DNA from: Picochlorum sp. SENEW3
Taxonomy: Eukaryota
Reading direction: 5' to 3'
Assembly (NCBI GenBank): GCA_034226945.1
Contig: CP120462.1
Location: 372,001-436,000, forward strand
DNA: 64,000 bases
The notes below the pieces were generated by a model. It had not been told where the DNA came from, did not search any database, and worked only from the letters and a program-made list of their open reading frames with translations. This document shows positions 32,745-45,286 of this stretch, piece after piece (positions within the stretch are counted from its first letter, which is position 1; every line of letters starts with the position of its first letter). The position numbers were made by a program, and so were the translations under genes.

Positions 32745-33897
32745 ATGCAGATTGTCGCTCAGCGCTCACCATTGTCTTTGCAGATTGGAGCAAGCACGCG
32801 CTCCCAGGCTCATCGCAGATCTGCGTTGAAAACCTGCTCTATTTTTACAATAATTTCCAATGGATCAAGGTGTGTGGGAGGCGCAGTGCATCGTCATGTC
32901 CATATTCTTGTCTCTCTTGGTTTCTTCTTCTTTTTCTTCTTCTTCTTCTTTTTTATGACATGTTACAATCATGCACTGATGCAGTCAACACATGGGAATT
33001 GCGTCATCTAGAGCAAGGAATGCCGAATTCATTTTGCGAGCAGCATCAGGCGGCACTGGTGGAGGAGGTGATGGAGGCAATACGAATGGGGATGATGGCA
33101 ACAATGGAGACGATGGAGAAGATGCCAGCGAGGACAGCGGCATCATGTGGAAGGGATGGAAAGACCGCGTTGCTGCTGATCCTGAATTTGTGTATAAAGT
33201 ATTAGTGGAGCAGATCATTGGGGTTGGTGCATCCGTGCTCGGAGACATGAGCTCCAGGCCAAACTGGGGATTGAATGAGCTCGACTTTGTCTTTGCCACC
33301 TTGGTTGTTGGTTCCATTGTCAACTTTTCGCTCATGTACCTCTTGGCACCAACTGCCAGTGCCGCGGGATCCACTGGATTCATCTCTAAATTCTTCGGAG
33401 ACTACTACATGAGGCAGTGGGCTGCCCCTACAGGACACATGTTTGAACCAGGATTTTCTCTTGGAAAGAGAGCCGTCAACCTCTTGTACAAGGGTACTGT
33501 GTTTGCAAGCATTGGTATCACGGCTGGATTGGTCGGAACTGCCATTTCGAATGGATTGATCATTGCTCGAAAGAAGTTTGATCCAGAGTTTGTGCAGCAG
33601 AATGAATCTCCAAACGTCATTGCCAATGCCTCTTGCTGGGCTCTCCACATGGGTATCTCTTCCAATGTGAGATATCAAATGCTCAATGGCCTGGATATGT
33701 TGATCCAGCCAGTCATCCCTCAATCTGCATTCAGAATTGTGACCTCAGTGGTGAGAAGCGCAAACAATGTGATCGGAGGCATGTCTTTTGTCACAATCGC
33801 CAAGGTTCTCGGTGTCCAAAAGTCTGGCGATGCAGGCGCACCCGAAGCAGAGCAGACGAATGACGGAAAGAAGAAGACGTCAAAGAAGAGCAAATAA
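32745..33897 (+). CDS. RETICULATA-related (DUF3411) plastid envelope protein; predicted intron 32870-32984
   Basis: Gly-rich stretch, RVAADPEFVYKVLVEQIIGV, ELDFVF, HMGISSNVRYQ. Confidence 0.9.
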
Positions 33898-34004
33898 TAA
33901 TGCTTTTTATAGTACTTTTTTGAACACAACATATATACGGCAATTCTATTCGTAACATACCGATAGAGTAGAAAAAACGCATCACATTTTTTACTCTGCA
34001 TGGC

Positions 34005-34628
34005 ATGTCGAATGGACACGACGACGACGACGATGGTTGGTTGGAGGACGATACTGGGTCTTCATCGCATCATGAATTACATAGAGAATGGAATGCGAGA
34101 AGGAGAGAGTTTAGTACGAGTGGATTGAGGGATGGTTACGAGGCTGGGAAGGAAGAGAGCGTCCAGGAAGGGTTCAACCATGGTGGGTAGTGCTTCGTAT
34201 GTATTTCTTGTTTGGGATTACGACACAATTGATGGCATATCGCCTATGCAGGATATACTCTTGGAGCTACTGCAGGGTATGAATGGGGGTTGTTGAAAGG
34301 GGCAGCAGCTGCTGCCTTTGCCAATATTCAAGAGCAAGACACTAGTACTACTCAAGATGAGGAAGATGCCAATGCCAATGCCAATGCAGCTGAGATGATC
34401 CGAGTCGCGCATACTCTGTTGGAAGAATTGGACCAAAATGATATCAAGAAGCAGGAATGCGGGTCATTGTGGGAAGAGCATGGTGAAATGAAGGATCGAT
34501 TTCCAGAACGGGAGCCCCCATCTGTGGTCGCGGAAGCGTCTCGTCGGCAGGGCGAGATCAAGAGCAAGGCGGTCGCGGCTTTAGAGGATGCAGGGATACG
34601 GATACAGAGAATGGAATCCAAAAATTAA
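34005..34628 (+). CDS. Yae1-like (deca-GX3) protein; predicted intron 34183-34251
   Basis: Spliced SGLRDGYEAGKEESVQEGFNHGYTLGATAGYEWG GxxxG repeat. Confidence 0.75.
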
Positions 34629-34646
34629 TTTATAACTATAGTTTAG

Positions 34647-35669
34647 ATGTCTAGAGAAGATAAAATACCCTCCTCTTCGTCACAGGAGACTGTGACGTTG
34701 AAAATTAAATTCAAAAGCAAGGAACTCTCGGTTTCCTTATCTACGTCTGAGACGGTTGGTTCTGTGAAGAGAGTATTGGAGAGAGAAACTCATGTGAATG
34801 CAAAGAAGCAGAAATTATTGGGTTTAAAGGCGGTGCAAGGTCGCTTGGATGACGACACGTTGCTCGGCGACCTCCAGCCTCCTCCAAAGGTGGTGATGCT
34901 GCTGGGGTCTGTGGACTCTGAGCTGGCGCAGATGCGGCGACAGGAGGAAATATCACCTTATTTTCAGGATCCAGAAGAAGAAGACGTGGTGATGCCGGCG
35001 GGTCCTGTGGCATTGATGGACAGGCCAGAGATATTGGCAAAGCTTGAGCGTCGGGTACTGCAAGCAAACATAAAGGAACTTCATCCTCCGCGTAAAGGTA
35101 AGAAATGCATTGTATTAGATATTGATTACACATTTTTTGATCTTGGATCGTCGAGTGAGCGGCCTCGGGATTTGCTTCGGCCACATGTGGAGCTATTTTT
35201 ATCACGTGCATACGCTAGGTGGGACATTGTCATCTGGTCAGCAACGTCTATGAAATGGATTGATGTGAAGCTGAAAGAGCTCGGACTTATTGATCATCCA
35301 GAGTTTAGAATAACGGCGTGTATGGACTATACGGCAATGGTGACTGTGGATAATACAGGGATGACGAACAAAAAGGTGTTTGATTGCAAGCCTTTGCATG
35401 TGTTGTGGAAACGATACCCACAGTACACCAGCTCAAATACCCTCATGTTGGATGATTTACGGAGAAATTTTGTATTAAATCCTCAGAATGGCTTGGTCAT
35501 CAAGCCGTTCAAGCATAGCACAACAGAGCGTGGACGTTCTGATAGGGAGTTTTTGAAATTAGATTTATACCTGTCCAAGTTGGCTGAACTCGAGTCATTG
35601 GACCATTTGAATCATGATGAATGGCAAGATACTATACGGGAGGAATGGCGAGAGATTAAGAAGAAATAA
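34647..35669 (+). CDS. UBLCP1: Ubiquitin-like domain-containing CTD phosphatase 1
   Basis: N-terminal UBL (QKLLGL), VLDIDYT DxDxT motif, IWSATSMKWI, DDLRRNF.LNPQNGL. Confidence 0.93.
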   Translation: MSREDKIPSSSSQETVTLKIKFKSKELSVSLSTSETVGSVKRVLERETHVNAKKQKLLGLKAVQGRLDDDTLLGDLQPPPKVVMLLGSVDSELAQMRRQEEISPYFQDPEEEDVVMPAGPVALMDRPEILAKLERRVLQANIKELHPPRKGKKCIVLDIDYTFFDLGSSSERPRDLLRPHVELFLSRAYARWDIVIWSATSMKWIDVKLKELGLIDHPEFRITACMDYTAMVTVDNTGMTNKKVFDCKPLHVLWKRYPQYTSSNTLMLDDLRRNFVLNPQNGLVIKPFKHSTTERGRSDREFLKLDLYLSKLAELESLDHLNHDEWQDTIREEWREIKKK

Positions 35670-35673
35670 CGGA

Positions 35674-36918
35674 TTATTTTCTAGTCTTCTTCTGTCCACC
35701 GCCAAACCAACTGCCCAGGCCTGATGCCACTGCTATTCCCATCCTCTTTTCCTCTGCAATCTGTGTATCTACTATTCGACGCATCATATCAGCAATATGC
35801 GCAAACGAAGGCCTTTCGAGTGCATCAAAGTGAAAGCATTTCCGTAACAAATCACTCAGTTCAAATGGAATGATATTCTCAGGGATGTCTGGTCTGAGCT
35901 TCCCATCCATCACTTGTAATGCTATTTGAATAGGCGTCAAATTATATTTTTGGTAGGGATATTCTAGCGTCAAAATTTCTACAGCAGTTGTAGCATACGA
36001 CCAAACATCAGCCTGTGTTCCATAGACATCATGGGCAATTACCTCTGGCGCCATGTGTATATAGGTACCGCACTCTGGAGTCAACTGAAGCACTGCGTCC
36101 TGTGTTAATATTTTAGCCAGTCCCATATCGCTCACCTTGGCTCTCATAGAATCATCTAACAACACATTGCTTGGTTTGAGGTCTCTGTGAACTATGGGAG
36201 GGTCTTGCCTTTCAAGTGCTGCCATGCCACTGGCAATATCTGCTAAAATCTGAAATCTAACACTCATTGGTTTCTTTGATAGTCTCATGTTCCTATTATT
36301 CCCCCGAATAGCGGCACTCAAGTTTCCTCCTGGCATGAACTCTGTCACCAACCAACATGCCCCAATCTTTGGATCTACCACAGCACCTAAAAACCCTAGT
36401 ACATGGGGATGCCTCACTCGCTCCAATACCACCAACTCGCGTTCAAAATGGCTCTGCATATCCCGAGACACCTTGATCTTTTTCACTGCACAGACAGCCC
36501 CCTTCCAGTTTGCCTTCCATGTCTCCCCAAATGATCCTGACCCTATACAACTACCAAGCTCAATCTCGGCAGAATCAATCCTCCAATCCTTGTTCAGCAC
36601 AATCCTTTCCAAGCCCTCCCAATCGACATCGTCACCAGTCTCGCCACTGCCGCCCTCTTCTTCTTCTTCCTTGTCTTCTTCTTCTCCAGAAAGCAATTCT
36701 TTATTAGACTGCTTCTCCTTCTCCTCTCTCTCTAGAGCCAGGTATTTGGATAATTTCTGATTCAATCGCACCACATGCTGCTTATAGGACTCGTTCTCAC
36801 CCCCAAGCTTTTCCAACTGCTCTGCCAAATGCGAATTGACTTGCTTCGTCACGTCGAGTTCCTCCTCCAACTCATCAATCTTGGCCTTGAGAATATTCAA
36901 ATCCTCAAGACTCCCCAT
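35674..36918 (-). CDS. Raf-like (TKL) Ser/Thr protein kinase with N-terminal coiled coil
   Basis: IGSGSFG, AVK, HRDLKPSN, DMG (DFG variant), APE, DVWSY. Confidence 0.9.
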   Translation of the reverse strand: MGSLEDLNILKAKIDELEEELDVTKQVNSHLAEQLEKLGGENESYKQHVVRLNQKLSKYLALEREEKEKQSNKELLSGEEEDKEEEEEGGSGETGDDVDWEGLERIVLNKDWRIDSAEIELGSCIGSGSFGETWKANWKGAVCAVKKIKVSRDMQSHFERELVVLERVRHPHVLGFLGAVVDPKIGACWLVTEFMPGGNLSAAIRGNNRNMRLSKKPMSVRFQILADIASGMAALERQDPPIVHRDLKPSNVLLDDSMRAKVSDMGLAKILTQDAVLQLTPECGTYIHMAPEVIAHDVYGTQADVWSYATTAVEILTLEYPYQKYNLTPIQIALQVMDGKLRPDIPENIIPFELSDLLRKCFHFDALERPSFAHIADMMRRIVDTQIAEEKRMGIAVASGLGSWFGGGQKKTRK

Positions 36919-37127
36919 ATCAATCCAATATTCTATTCATCTACTCAGTATCCCTCCTTTCGAAACGGGTTGTTGTACATTATATAATATATCTAAATTG
37001 GGAGAATTTCATTCGACATGTCGCACAGTCAGTCTTGGCGCTGCTGTACCCCGCGCTATTATTATGTACAATTGGTTGGCGATCGATTCACCTCTCCTAG
37101 GCATTACAAATAAACCAAAGAATATCA

Positions 37128-37928
37128 ATGGCAGTCTTCGACGAGCAACGAGCGAAGCATTACACGCCATATGGTAAAAATGTGGTCATCACTGGCTGTA
37201 CCAAGGGCATTGGCAGAGCCACATGCATTGAAATGGCTTCCCTTGGGGCAAAAGTCCTCGGATGCGCCAGAAATGCAGAGGAATTGAAAGAATTTGTTGA
37301 TGAGTGTCAATCCAAAGGCATGGATGTGGCGGGCGTGGCAGCAGACGTCGCAACAGAGCAGGGAAGAGCAGTCCTCTTGGATGCTGCCACAAAGACATTT
37401 GGTGACCGTCTTGACGTCTTGGTCAATAACGTCGGCACAAACTTGCCCAGACGGACAACACTCGATATGACAGACGATGATTTCACAACCCTCATGGACA
37501 TCAATCTCAAATCCAGCTTTAGCCTTTGCAGACTCTTCCATCCAATGCTGCAAGCAGCAGATTCAGCCTGCATCTTGTGCAACAGTTCTGTCGCAGGCGG
37601 ACCCACCGCCATGAAATCTGGATGCCTCTATGGCATGAGTAAAGCTGGTATGAACCATTTAGTAAAAAATCTAGCATGCGAGTGGGGCAAGGATGGTATT
37701 CGTGCAGTCGCAGTTGCTCCTTGGTACACAGCAACCCCTTTGGCAAATAGAATATTGCAGAACAAAGAATACAAAGACACAGTCCTCGAAAGAACCCCAA
37801 TGGGTCGCATCGCAGAACCAGAAGAAGTAGCTCGAGTCTTTTCTTTCCTAGCATCCCCTGCCTCCAGCTACATCACTGGTGTGACAATCCCAGTGGATGG
37901 AGGATATTCCGTCATGGGTTTATACTGA
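37128..37928 (+). CDS. Tropinone-reductase-like short-chain dehydrogenase
   Basis: TGCTKGIG, NNVG, YGMSK, LACEW, SYITG..I.VDGG. Confidence 0.92.
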   Translation: MAVFDEQRAKHYTPYGKNVVITGCTKGIGRATCIEMASLGAKVLGCARNAEELKEFVDECQSKGMDVAGVAADVATEQGRAVLLDAATKTFGDRLDVLVNNVGTNLPRRTTLDMTDDDFTTLMDINLKSSFSLCRLFHPMLQAADSACILCNSSVAGGPTAMKSGCLYGMSKAGMNHLVKNLACEWGKDGIRAVAVAPWYTATPLANRILQNKEYKDTVLERTPMGRIAEPEEVARVFSFLASPASSYITGVTIPVDGGYSVMGLY

Positions 37929-38199
37929 TCAGTAGCCTCATGAGGCGGGTATTCCACATCCTAAAATACCGCAATGGGACATAGGTATTTTATACCCACT
38001 GACAACCCCCCAGATTCAATATAATTATTGTAATACTCATAATTTTATAGAAACTCAGCATGTTGGCATAGGTGGATACGACACGTTTGTGTTCGAGTGA
38101 ATGGCTGCTGTTGGTCCTCATCAGACACGTGACTCCGAGAAGCGGATACATCACTAGGCAATTATATCTGATACTTACAGTCATATTTATTGATTCATA

Positions 38200-41100
38200 A
38201 TGTCAGGTGGAGACCGATTTAGCTACTCGAGTGCTCCTGTTCGGAGGATTTCGTCCATTCAGTTTGGGATTCTGGATCCTGACTTTATTGTGCGTCACAA
38301 ACACATGTTTTTGATATATATTTTACGATACATGAATGGATGCGTTGTTTGGGGGTTGGGTCTGGTGGTGTTCTGTTATTGATCAATCATCATGTGGCGA
38401 ATGGCCTCATTTGTGTATATATCTGCGATTCTCGCCTGGAATATTGTTTTATATCGAAACATGTATCCTTGCAGAGGCGGTATTCTGTCGCAAAGATTGA
38501 TACAGCGCAAATATATGATAAAGGGAGGCCTCGAATGGGCGGTCTGAGTGACCCAAGGTTGGGTACGATGGATCGATCCTTAAAGTGTTTGACGGATGGT
38601 TGCGGTGTGCTGGATTGCCCAGGGTATTTTGGTCATATCGAGCTGGCAAAGCCAATTTTCCATGTTCATTTTTTGAAGACGGTGGTCAAGGTGCTGCGGT
38701 GTGTGAGTTATCGAACGTCCAAGCTGTTGGTGTCCAAGGAGGATCCATTGTATCGGAAATGTATGCGGATTCGCAATCCAGAGTATAGACAGCGGGCACT
38801 TTTGAAGCTGTGTCAGCCAAAGAGGGTGGATTTGGATGGGAATCCGCAGCCATCGTATAGGCTTGTTCCTGGGACGATGACCATCATGGCCGATCATCAG
38901 GTGTCTAAAAAGGTGCAGGAGATGGAAGGGCTTGAGGCATTGGAGGGTAAACAAGAGTTGTCTCCAACGGAAGCTCTGCGGATATTGAGGGGTATTAGCG
39001 ATGAAGATTGCGTTGCGCTTGGTTTTAATGCTGAGTTCTCGAGGCCCGAGTGGATGATTTTAACCGTGTTTCCAGTGCCTCCTCCTCCTGTGAGACCCAG
39101 TGTTGCTATGGATAGTTCCGCTCGATCTGAGGATGATTTAACGCATCAGTTGAGTGAAATTATCAAGGCGAATGTTCGGCTTCAAAAGCAAGAGGAAAGT
39201 GGGGCTCCTCAACACATCATATCCGAGTTTTGCCTTCTTCTGCAAATGCATGTGACTGGGTACATTGACAATTCGCTCCCTGGGTTGCCTACCGCAAAGC
39301 AGAGAAGCGGTAGGCCCATCAAGTCGATTGCGCAGCGATTGAAAGGAAAGGAAGGTCGCGTTCGCGGTAATCTGATGGGGAAGAGAGTGGATTTTTCAGC
39401 TCGTACTGTCATCACTGGTGATCCAAATCTTGCATTGGATGAACTTGGTGTTCCTTGGGCGATTGCTTTAAATCTTACGTTTCCAGAGGTCGTGACACCT
39501 CATAATATGGAAAAATTGCGCAAGCTTGTCGAGAATGGGCCGCATCCACCGCCAGGTGAGACTGGTGCCAAATATATTGTGAGGGACGATGGGTCCAGAT
39601 TGGATCTTCGTTTTCTGAGATCAGATAGGGATAGGCACTTGCAGCCAGGGTATACTGTCGAACGCCATATGATTAATGGTGATGTCGTTATTTTCAATCG
39701 ACAGCCTTCCCTTCATAAAATGTCCATGATGGGTCATCGAGTTCGCATCCTGCCATACTCGACGTTCCGTTTGAACTTGTCCGTCACCTCTCCATATAAT
39801 GCGGATTTCGATGGAGATGAGATGAATATGCATCTAGTGCAAGGTCAAGAACCTAGAGCAGAAATTAAAGAAATAATGGCTGTGCCACGAAATATTGTAT
39901 CCCCACAGGCAAATAAACCAGTGATGGGTATTGTGCAAGATTCGCTGCTTGCATCTCGCCTTTTCACAAAGAGGGACACATTCATTGAGTACGACGTACT
40001 CTGCAATCTTCTGATGTGGTTGGAAGATTGGAATGGATATGTTCCTGCACCAGCAATCATCAAGCCCCGGCCTTTGTGGACAGGAAAGCAGGTTGTGTCC
40101 TTGTTCCTCCCGTCAGTGAATCTCAGGAGAAATGCCGCCTGGTATAAAGATGGGGAGCCAGACAGCATGTCTCCTGTTGATTCTCAAGTCATAATTCATA
40201 GAGGGGAATTGCTTGCAGGAACTCTGTGCAAAAAGTCTCTCGGTGCTGCAGCTGGTGGGCTTGTCCATGTCATTTGGATGGAATTTGGTCCTGAAGCTGC
40301 GTGCGCATTTTTGAGTCAGACGCAATTCTCTGTGAATTATTGGCTTTTGCAGCACGGGTTCTCTATTGGTGTTGGTGATTTGATCGCCGATCCTAGAACA
40401 ATGTCCATCATTAATGAAATCATGAATAGAGCAAAATCTGATGTGAAGGGCCTGATTGAAAAAGTCCAGGGAGGAGATCTCGAGCAACAGCCAGGGCGTT
40501 CTATTATGGAGTCATTTGAAAATCAAGTGAATCAAGTTCTGAACAAAGCTCGTGATGATGCTGGAAATATGGCGCAGCAATCTTTGAGAGATACAAACAA
40601 TGTAGTTAGAATGGTGACTGCTGGGTCCAAAGGATCGTTCATCAACATCTCACAGATGATTGCTTGTGTGGGTCAGCAAAATGTTGAAGGAAAGAGAATT
40701 CCGTTTGGATTTTCTCAGCGCACCCTTCCACATTTCACAAAGGATGACTTTGGGCCAGAAAGTCGAGGGTTTGTCGAGAATTCCTACCTGCGAGGCTTGA
40801 CTCCTCAAGAGTTTTTCTTCCACGCTATGGGTGGTAGAGAAGGTTTGATTGATACAGCAGTGAAAACTGCTTCGACAGGATACATTCAAAGGAGGTTAGT
40901 GAAGGCTATGGAGGATTTGATGGTGCGCTATGATGGCACTGTAAGGAATGCCTTGGGTGAGGTTATTCAATTCTTGTACGGAGAGGATGGCATGGAAGGT
41001 ACATCTATTGAATCCCAGAGAATCGATCATCTGCGGTTTAGCCCGAAAAAGTTTGATCAAACGTTCAAATGGAATTTGGAAGATGAGAGATGGACTCCAG

Positions 41101-43649
41101 AGTGGATTTCGAGTGAGATTTTGGAAAAATTGAAGATGGATTTCGATGGCAAATCTTTGCTGGAGGAAGAATACGAACAGTTGAAGAAAGATCAAGCAAT
41201 ATTGCAAATGGAGGTGATGAAACATGGTGATCCAGGTTGCAAACTTCCTGTCAACTTGAAGAGACTGATTGAAACTGTGCAAAGAAAGTATGGCTGCAAA
41301 CCATACAAAGTAGGATACACTGATCTTAGCCCTCTAGTTGTTGCACAGCGTATTAAAGACATTTGTGCCAAGCTCACAGTGGTGGTGGGAGATGATGCTC
41401 TTTCCAGGGAGGCCCAAACAAATGCTACCTTGCTGTTCATGTCCTTCCTCCGGTGCACAATGGCTTCAAAACGTGTTCTCGCTGAATATAAACTGAATTC
41501 AAGAGCATTTGAGGAGATCGCAAGGGAAATCGAGCAGAGGTTTATGGCTTCCCTGGCATCGCCTGGCGAGGCTGTCGGAACTGTGGCAGCTCAAAGTATT
41601 GGAGAACCCACAACGCAAATGACATTGAACACATTCCATTTTGCTGGTGTGTCAGCAAAGAATGTCACATTGGGTGTTCCTCGTCTGACTGAGATTATTA
41701 ACGTCTCGAAGAATATTCGAACGCCATCTTTGACTGTCTATTTGCTCGGTGAAGCTGCTAGAGACAAAGAGGCTGCAAAATCGGTACAATGTTCGCTGGA
41801 GTACACAACTCTCAGGCGAGTAACTCATGCCACCGAAATATACTATGATCCAGATCCTAGAACAACGGTAATCGAAGAAGATAAGGAGTGGGTTGATAGT
41901 TACTACGATCTAAATGAAGGCGAGGTGGATCTCAACACACTCTATCCATGGCTTCTCAGGATTGAGTTGGCAAGAGATATGATGGTGGACAAAAAGCTGC
42001 TTCTCAGTGAAGTGGCCGAAAAGATTGGGAGCATGTACTCAGATGAATTGCACTGTCTATTCAATGATGATAATGCAGATAAATTGATTCTGCGCATCCG
42101 TGTGGTTAATGATGAGCCTATCGCAAAGACTGGGGATGGTATGGGCAGATATGGTGGTCCTGGTGGAGAGATGGGTGAAGATGAGCAACTCGCTTTCATC
42201 AAGAGGGTGGAGGGCAGTTTGCTTAGTCTTGTTGCTCTTCAAGGAGTGGACAATATTCGAAAAGTCTTTTTGCGTGAAGCCAAAAAGACTACGTTTGATG
42301 AATTGAAGGGAGAATTTGTCAATGATACTGAATGGGTCCTGGATACTGAAGGTGTCAACCTCATTGAAGTAATGACTCATCCGGATGTAGATCACACGAG
42401 AACGGTCAGTAACGATATCATAGAGGTTGTGAACGTGTTAGGAATCGAGGCGGGAAGGAATGCCCTTTTGAAGGAGCTTAGGGGAGTCATTGAATTTGAC
42501 GGCTCATATGTGAATTATCGCCACTTGGCTGCCCTTGTGGACTCGATGACTTCTAGAGGATCCTTGTTGGCTATTACGAGACACGGAATCAACAGGAATG
42601 AGACAAGTCCAATTCATCAGGCATCCTTTGAGGAGACTGTAGATGTATTATTCAGGGCGGCAACGTATGCTGAACGTGATTCCATGACTGGTGTCTCGGA
42701 GAACATCCTTGTTGGAGCTCTATGCCCAGTCGGAACAGGAGCGTTCGATTTGCTGGTAGACGATGAGTCTGTCATGAACGCTCAAGAAGTCGTTGATTTC
42801 TCAGAATATATGGCTGAGGGAATGGTCCCAGGTCTAATGCCATGGCAAGCCACTCCAGGGCGGTCTCCAGGAGCAGCTACCCCAGGAAGATTGATGAGTC
42901 CTTCGCAGCTCTTGTCGCCAACTGCCATGTCTCCGTTCAATGATGCTGTGCAATTCTCTCCTATTGCTGGTGGATTAGCATCACCCGGTGGCATGTATAG
43001 TCCGACAAGCCCTGGGTATAGCCCAACAAGTCCTGGGTATAGTCCGACGAGTCCGGCATATAGCCCAACGAGTCCAGCGTATAGTCCGACGAGTCCAGCA
43101 TACAGTCCGACGAGTCCGGCATACAGTCCGACGAGTCCAGCATACAGTCCGACGAGTCCGGCATACAGTCCGACGAGTCCAGCGTATAGCCCGACCAGTC
43201 CAGCATACAGCCCGACGAGTCCGGCATACAGTCCAACGAGTCCAGCGTATAGCCCAACGAGTCCAGCGTATAGTCCGACGAGTCCAGCGTATAGCCCAAC
43301 GAGTCCAGCGTATAGCCCAACGAGTCCAGCATACAGTCCGACAAGTCCAGCATACAGTCCGACAAGTCCGGCATACAGTCCGACGAGTCCAGCATACAGT
43401 CCGACGAGTCCAGCGTACAGCCCAACGAGTCCAGCGTATAGCCCAACGAGTCCGGCGTATAGCCCGACAAGTCCAGCATACAGTCCGACGAGTCCGCAGT
43501 ATAGCCCGACAAGTCCGCAGTACAGCCCAACAAGCCCACAGTATAGCCCGACGAGCCCAGAATATAGTCCATCATCTCCACAATATAGCCCAACCAATCC
43601 AGAATACAGTCCAACTGAGGATACTGCAAAAGGTGCAGAAGGCAAGTAA
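38200..43649 (+). CDS. RPB1: RNA polymerase II largest subunit; predicted intron 38290-38474
   Basis: CPGYFGHIEL, NADFDGDEMN, TQMTLNTFH, heptad CTD. Confidence 0.99.
42996..43616 (+). repeat. RPB1 CTD 21-bp coding repeat: 29 heptads plus a partial, mostly YSPTSPA
   Basis: Counted from coordinates and translation. Confidence 0.97.
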
Positions 43650-43988
43650 AACAAAACATATTTAAAAAACAAACACAAAATTTTTTCCCAATCCTGACTA
43701 TTGAAAGACTGTAACAAAGACTAACTTAACAGTGCATATGAAAAGATGTCGTTTGAACAAATTGGGATTCTCCAGCTCGCAAAATCACGCCATCTTGGCG
43801 CTTTGAGAAAAGATTGTCGGTTCGAACCGAACAAACCAACAACAGGTAGGGATTTTGCAGCCAACAACAACTGGCTGAAACCACAACTCGCCAACAACAA
43901 GAATTCAAATCCTTGTTGTTCCATAAATACCGTCCAGTGCCATTATTTCCCAAAATTAATGCCAAAAAATTTTAATTGAATAATAATA

Positions 43989-44410
43989 ATGATAATCCCT
44001 GTCCATCCGCATGGTAATTGGAACGAAACGCCCGAATGGGCCATGGTCGAGTTACAAGGAGAAATTGTTCGAAAAGATGGAGATCCCAACACGGGTGGAT
44101 ATGACGTCGGATCCTTTTCAAGATCAAAAACAGTGCGTATTTGTTTCACTGAGAGAGTCGCTATCCGCCCAGATCGAAGATGAAGCCATGAATGTATTTT
44201 GTCTTGCAGGGGGGGTTGGTATTAACTATTGGCTATCATCAATTGGAAGGGGCTGAGGAAAAGCTGAAGAAGCCATTTGCCATCATTCAAAAGAACACGT
44301 CAGAAGACATGGCACAAGAGCAGGCGAGATCATATCAAGTGATTGGATTCGTTACCAAAAAGTATCTGTTTAAACAGCGCCCCAGAGCTTTAATATCCAA
44401 ACCAAACTAG
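43989..44410 (+). CDS. CTF8: Chromosome transmission fidelity protein 8; predicted intron 44133-44209
   Basis: EWAMVELQG, L.IGYHQLEG...LKKPFA, KYLFKQRP. Confidence 0.9.
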
Positions 44411-44413
44411 TTG

Positions 44414-45155
44414 TCAGATTGACCGATGGATTCTGTTCATTCCTCGGATGAACTCCTCGAGGCATATATCGTACGGTCCCTGGCCAAATCCCTTGGTCAA
44501 AGCGAAGTCAACTTGATCCTGCATTGCACGGCAGGTGAGGTGTCAGTACACATGTTGAGGTATGATATGATGCTCTCTTGGTGAATGGAGCCGTACTTTG
44601 CCGTATCGCAGGTGAAGGAGTCTTCGGAGATCACTCTCTATTAGAATATTTGATGATTGTGAGAAGATCACAAATAGAATATAGTTGTACACTTGCTGTG
44701 GTTCTCTTGCCTGATTGTCAGAGATGCATCGTTCACATGCACTATGGAATTCTTTCCATGAGAGCTTGCCATCATGATCTTCATCAATTTCCCAAATTGC
44801 TTCTTGGATCTCTCCTGGCTTGGGCTTGTATTTCATACTACGCAAAAAGACATGGAGCGATGTTGGGTCAATTTTAGATGGACATGGAGTGGTGGTTGAG
44901 GAGCTTCGAATCCTGTCAAAGACTGTTTGAAGCTCTGAAAGGACTAGGCTGGAAAAATAAGAGTCCTGTATGGCAATTTACCAATTTTAATGCAAATATA
45001 TCCTCAGTACTGTGTGCATGGGACGTACTCGTGTTTCCTTTACAGCTGTGTGTGTCATTTGTTGACCAACAAGACGTCCTAAAAATTGTCAACCTTTGAC
45101 TCACTTGTATGTACGGAGGCTCTAGAACAACAAGGTCAGAGTATGTGCTATACAC
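44414..45155 (-). CDS. Multi-exon EF-hand protein; 5' exons uncertain
   Basis: IWEIDEDHDGKLSWKEF EF-hand in 44543-44845; donor after RYGK; last exon ends at TGA 44414-44416. Confidence 0.6.
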
Positions 45156-45286
45156 TAATAATTAAAAGTCGATATATGGTATCGTTACATATATAGTCTG
45201 TATGAGGCGCTGAAAGGATTCTGTTCTTGGACAGTTGTGTCTCCATCAGGAATCATGCCTCGATTGTAATTTCATGGAAAACATAT

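Noticed and set aside
42782..43717. Long antisense and alternate-frame ORFs (GLVGLYA repeats) and a CRISPR-like periodicity
   Set aside because: These mirror the RPB1 CTD 21-bp coding repeat; there are no unique spacers and the context is eukaryotic.
43815..43840. tRNA-like GGTTCGAACC T-loop
   Set aside because: Only a short palindrome (TCGGTTCGAACCGA); no cloverleaf, D-arm or acceptor stem could be built.
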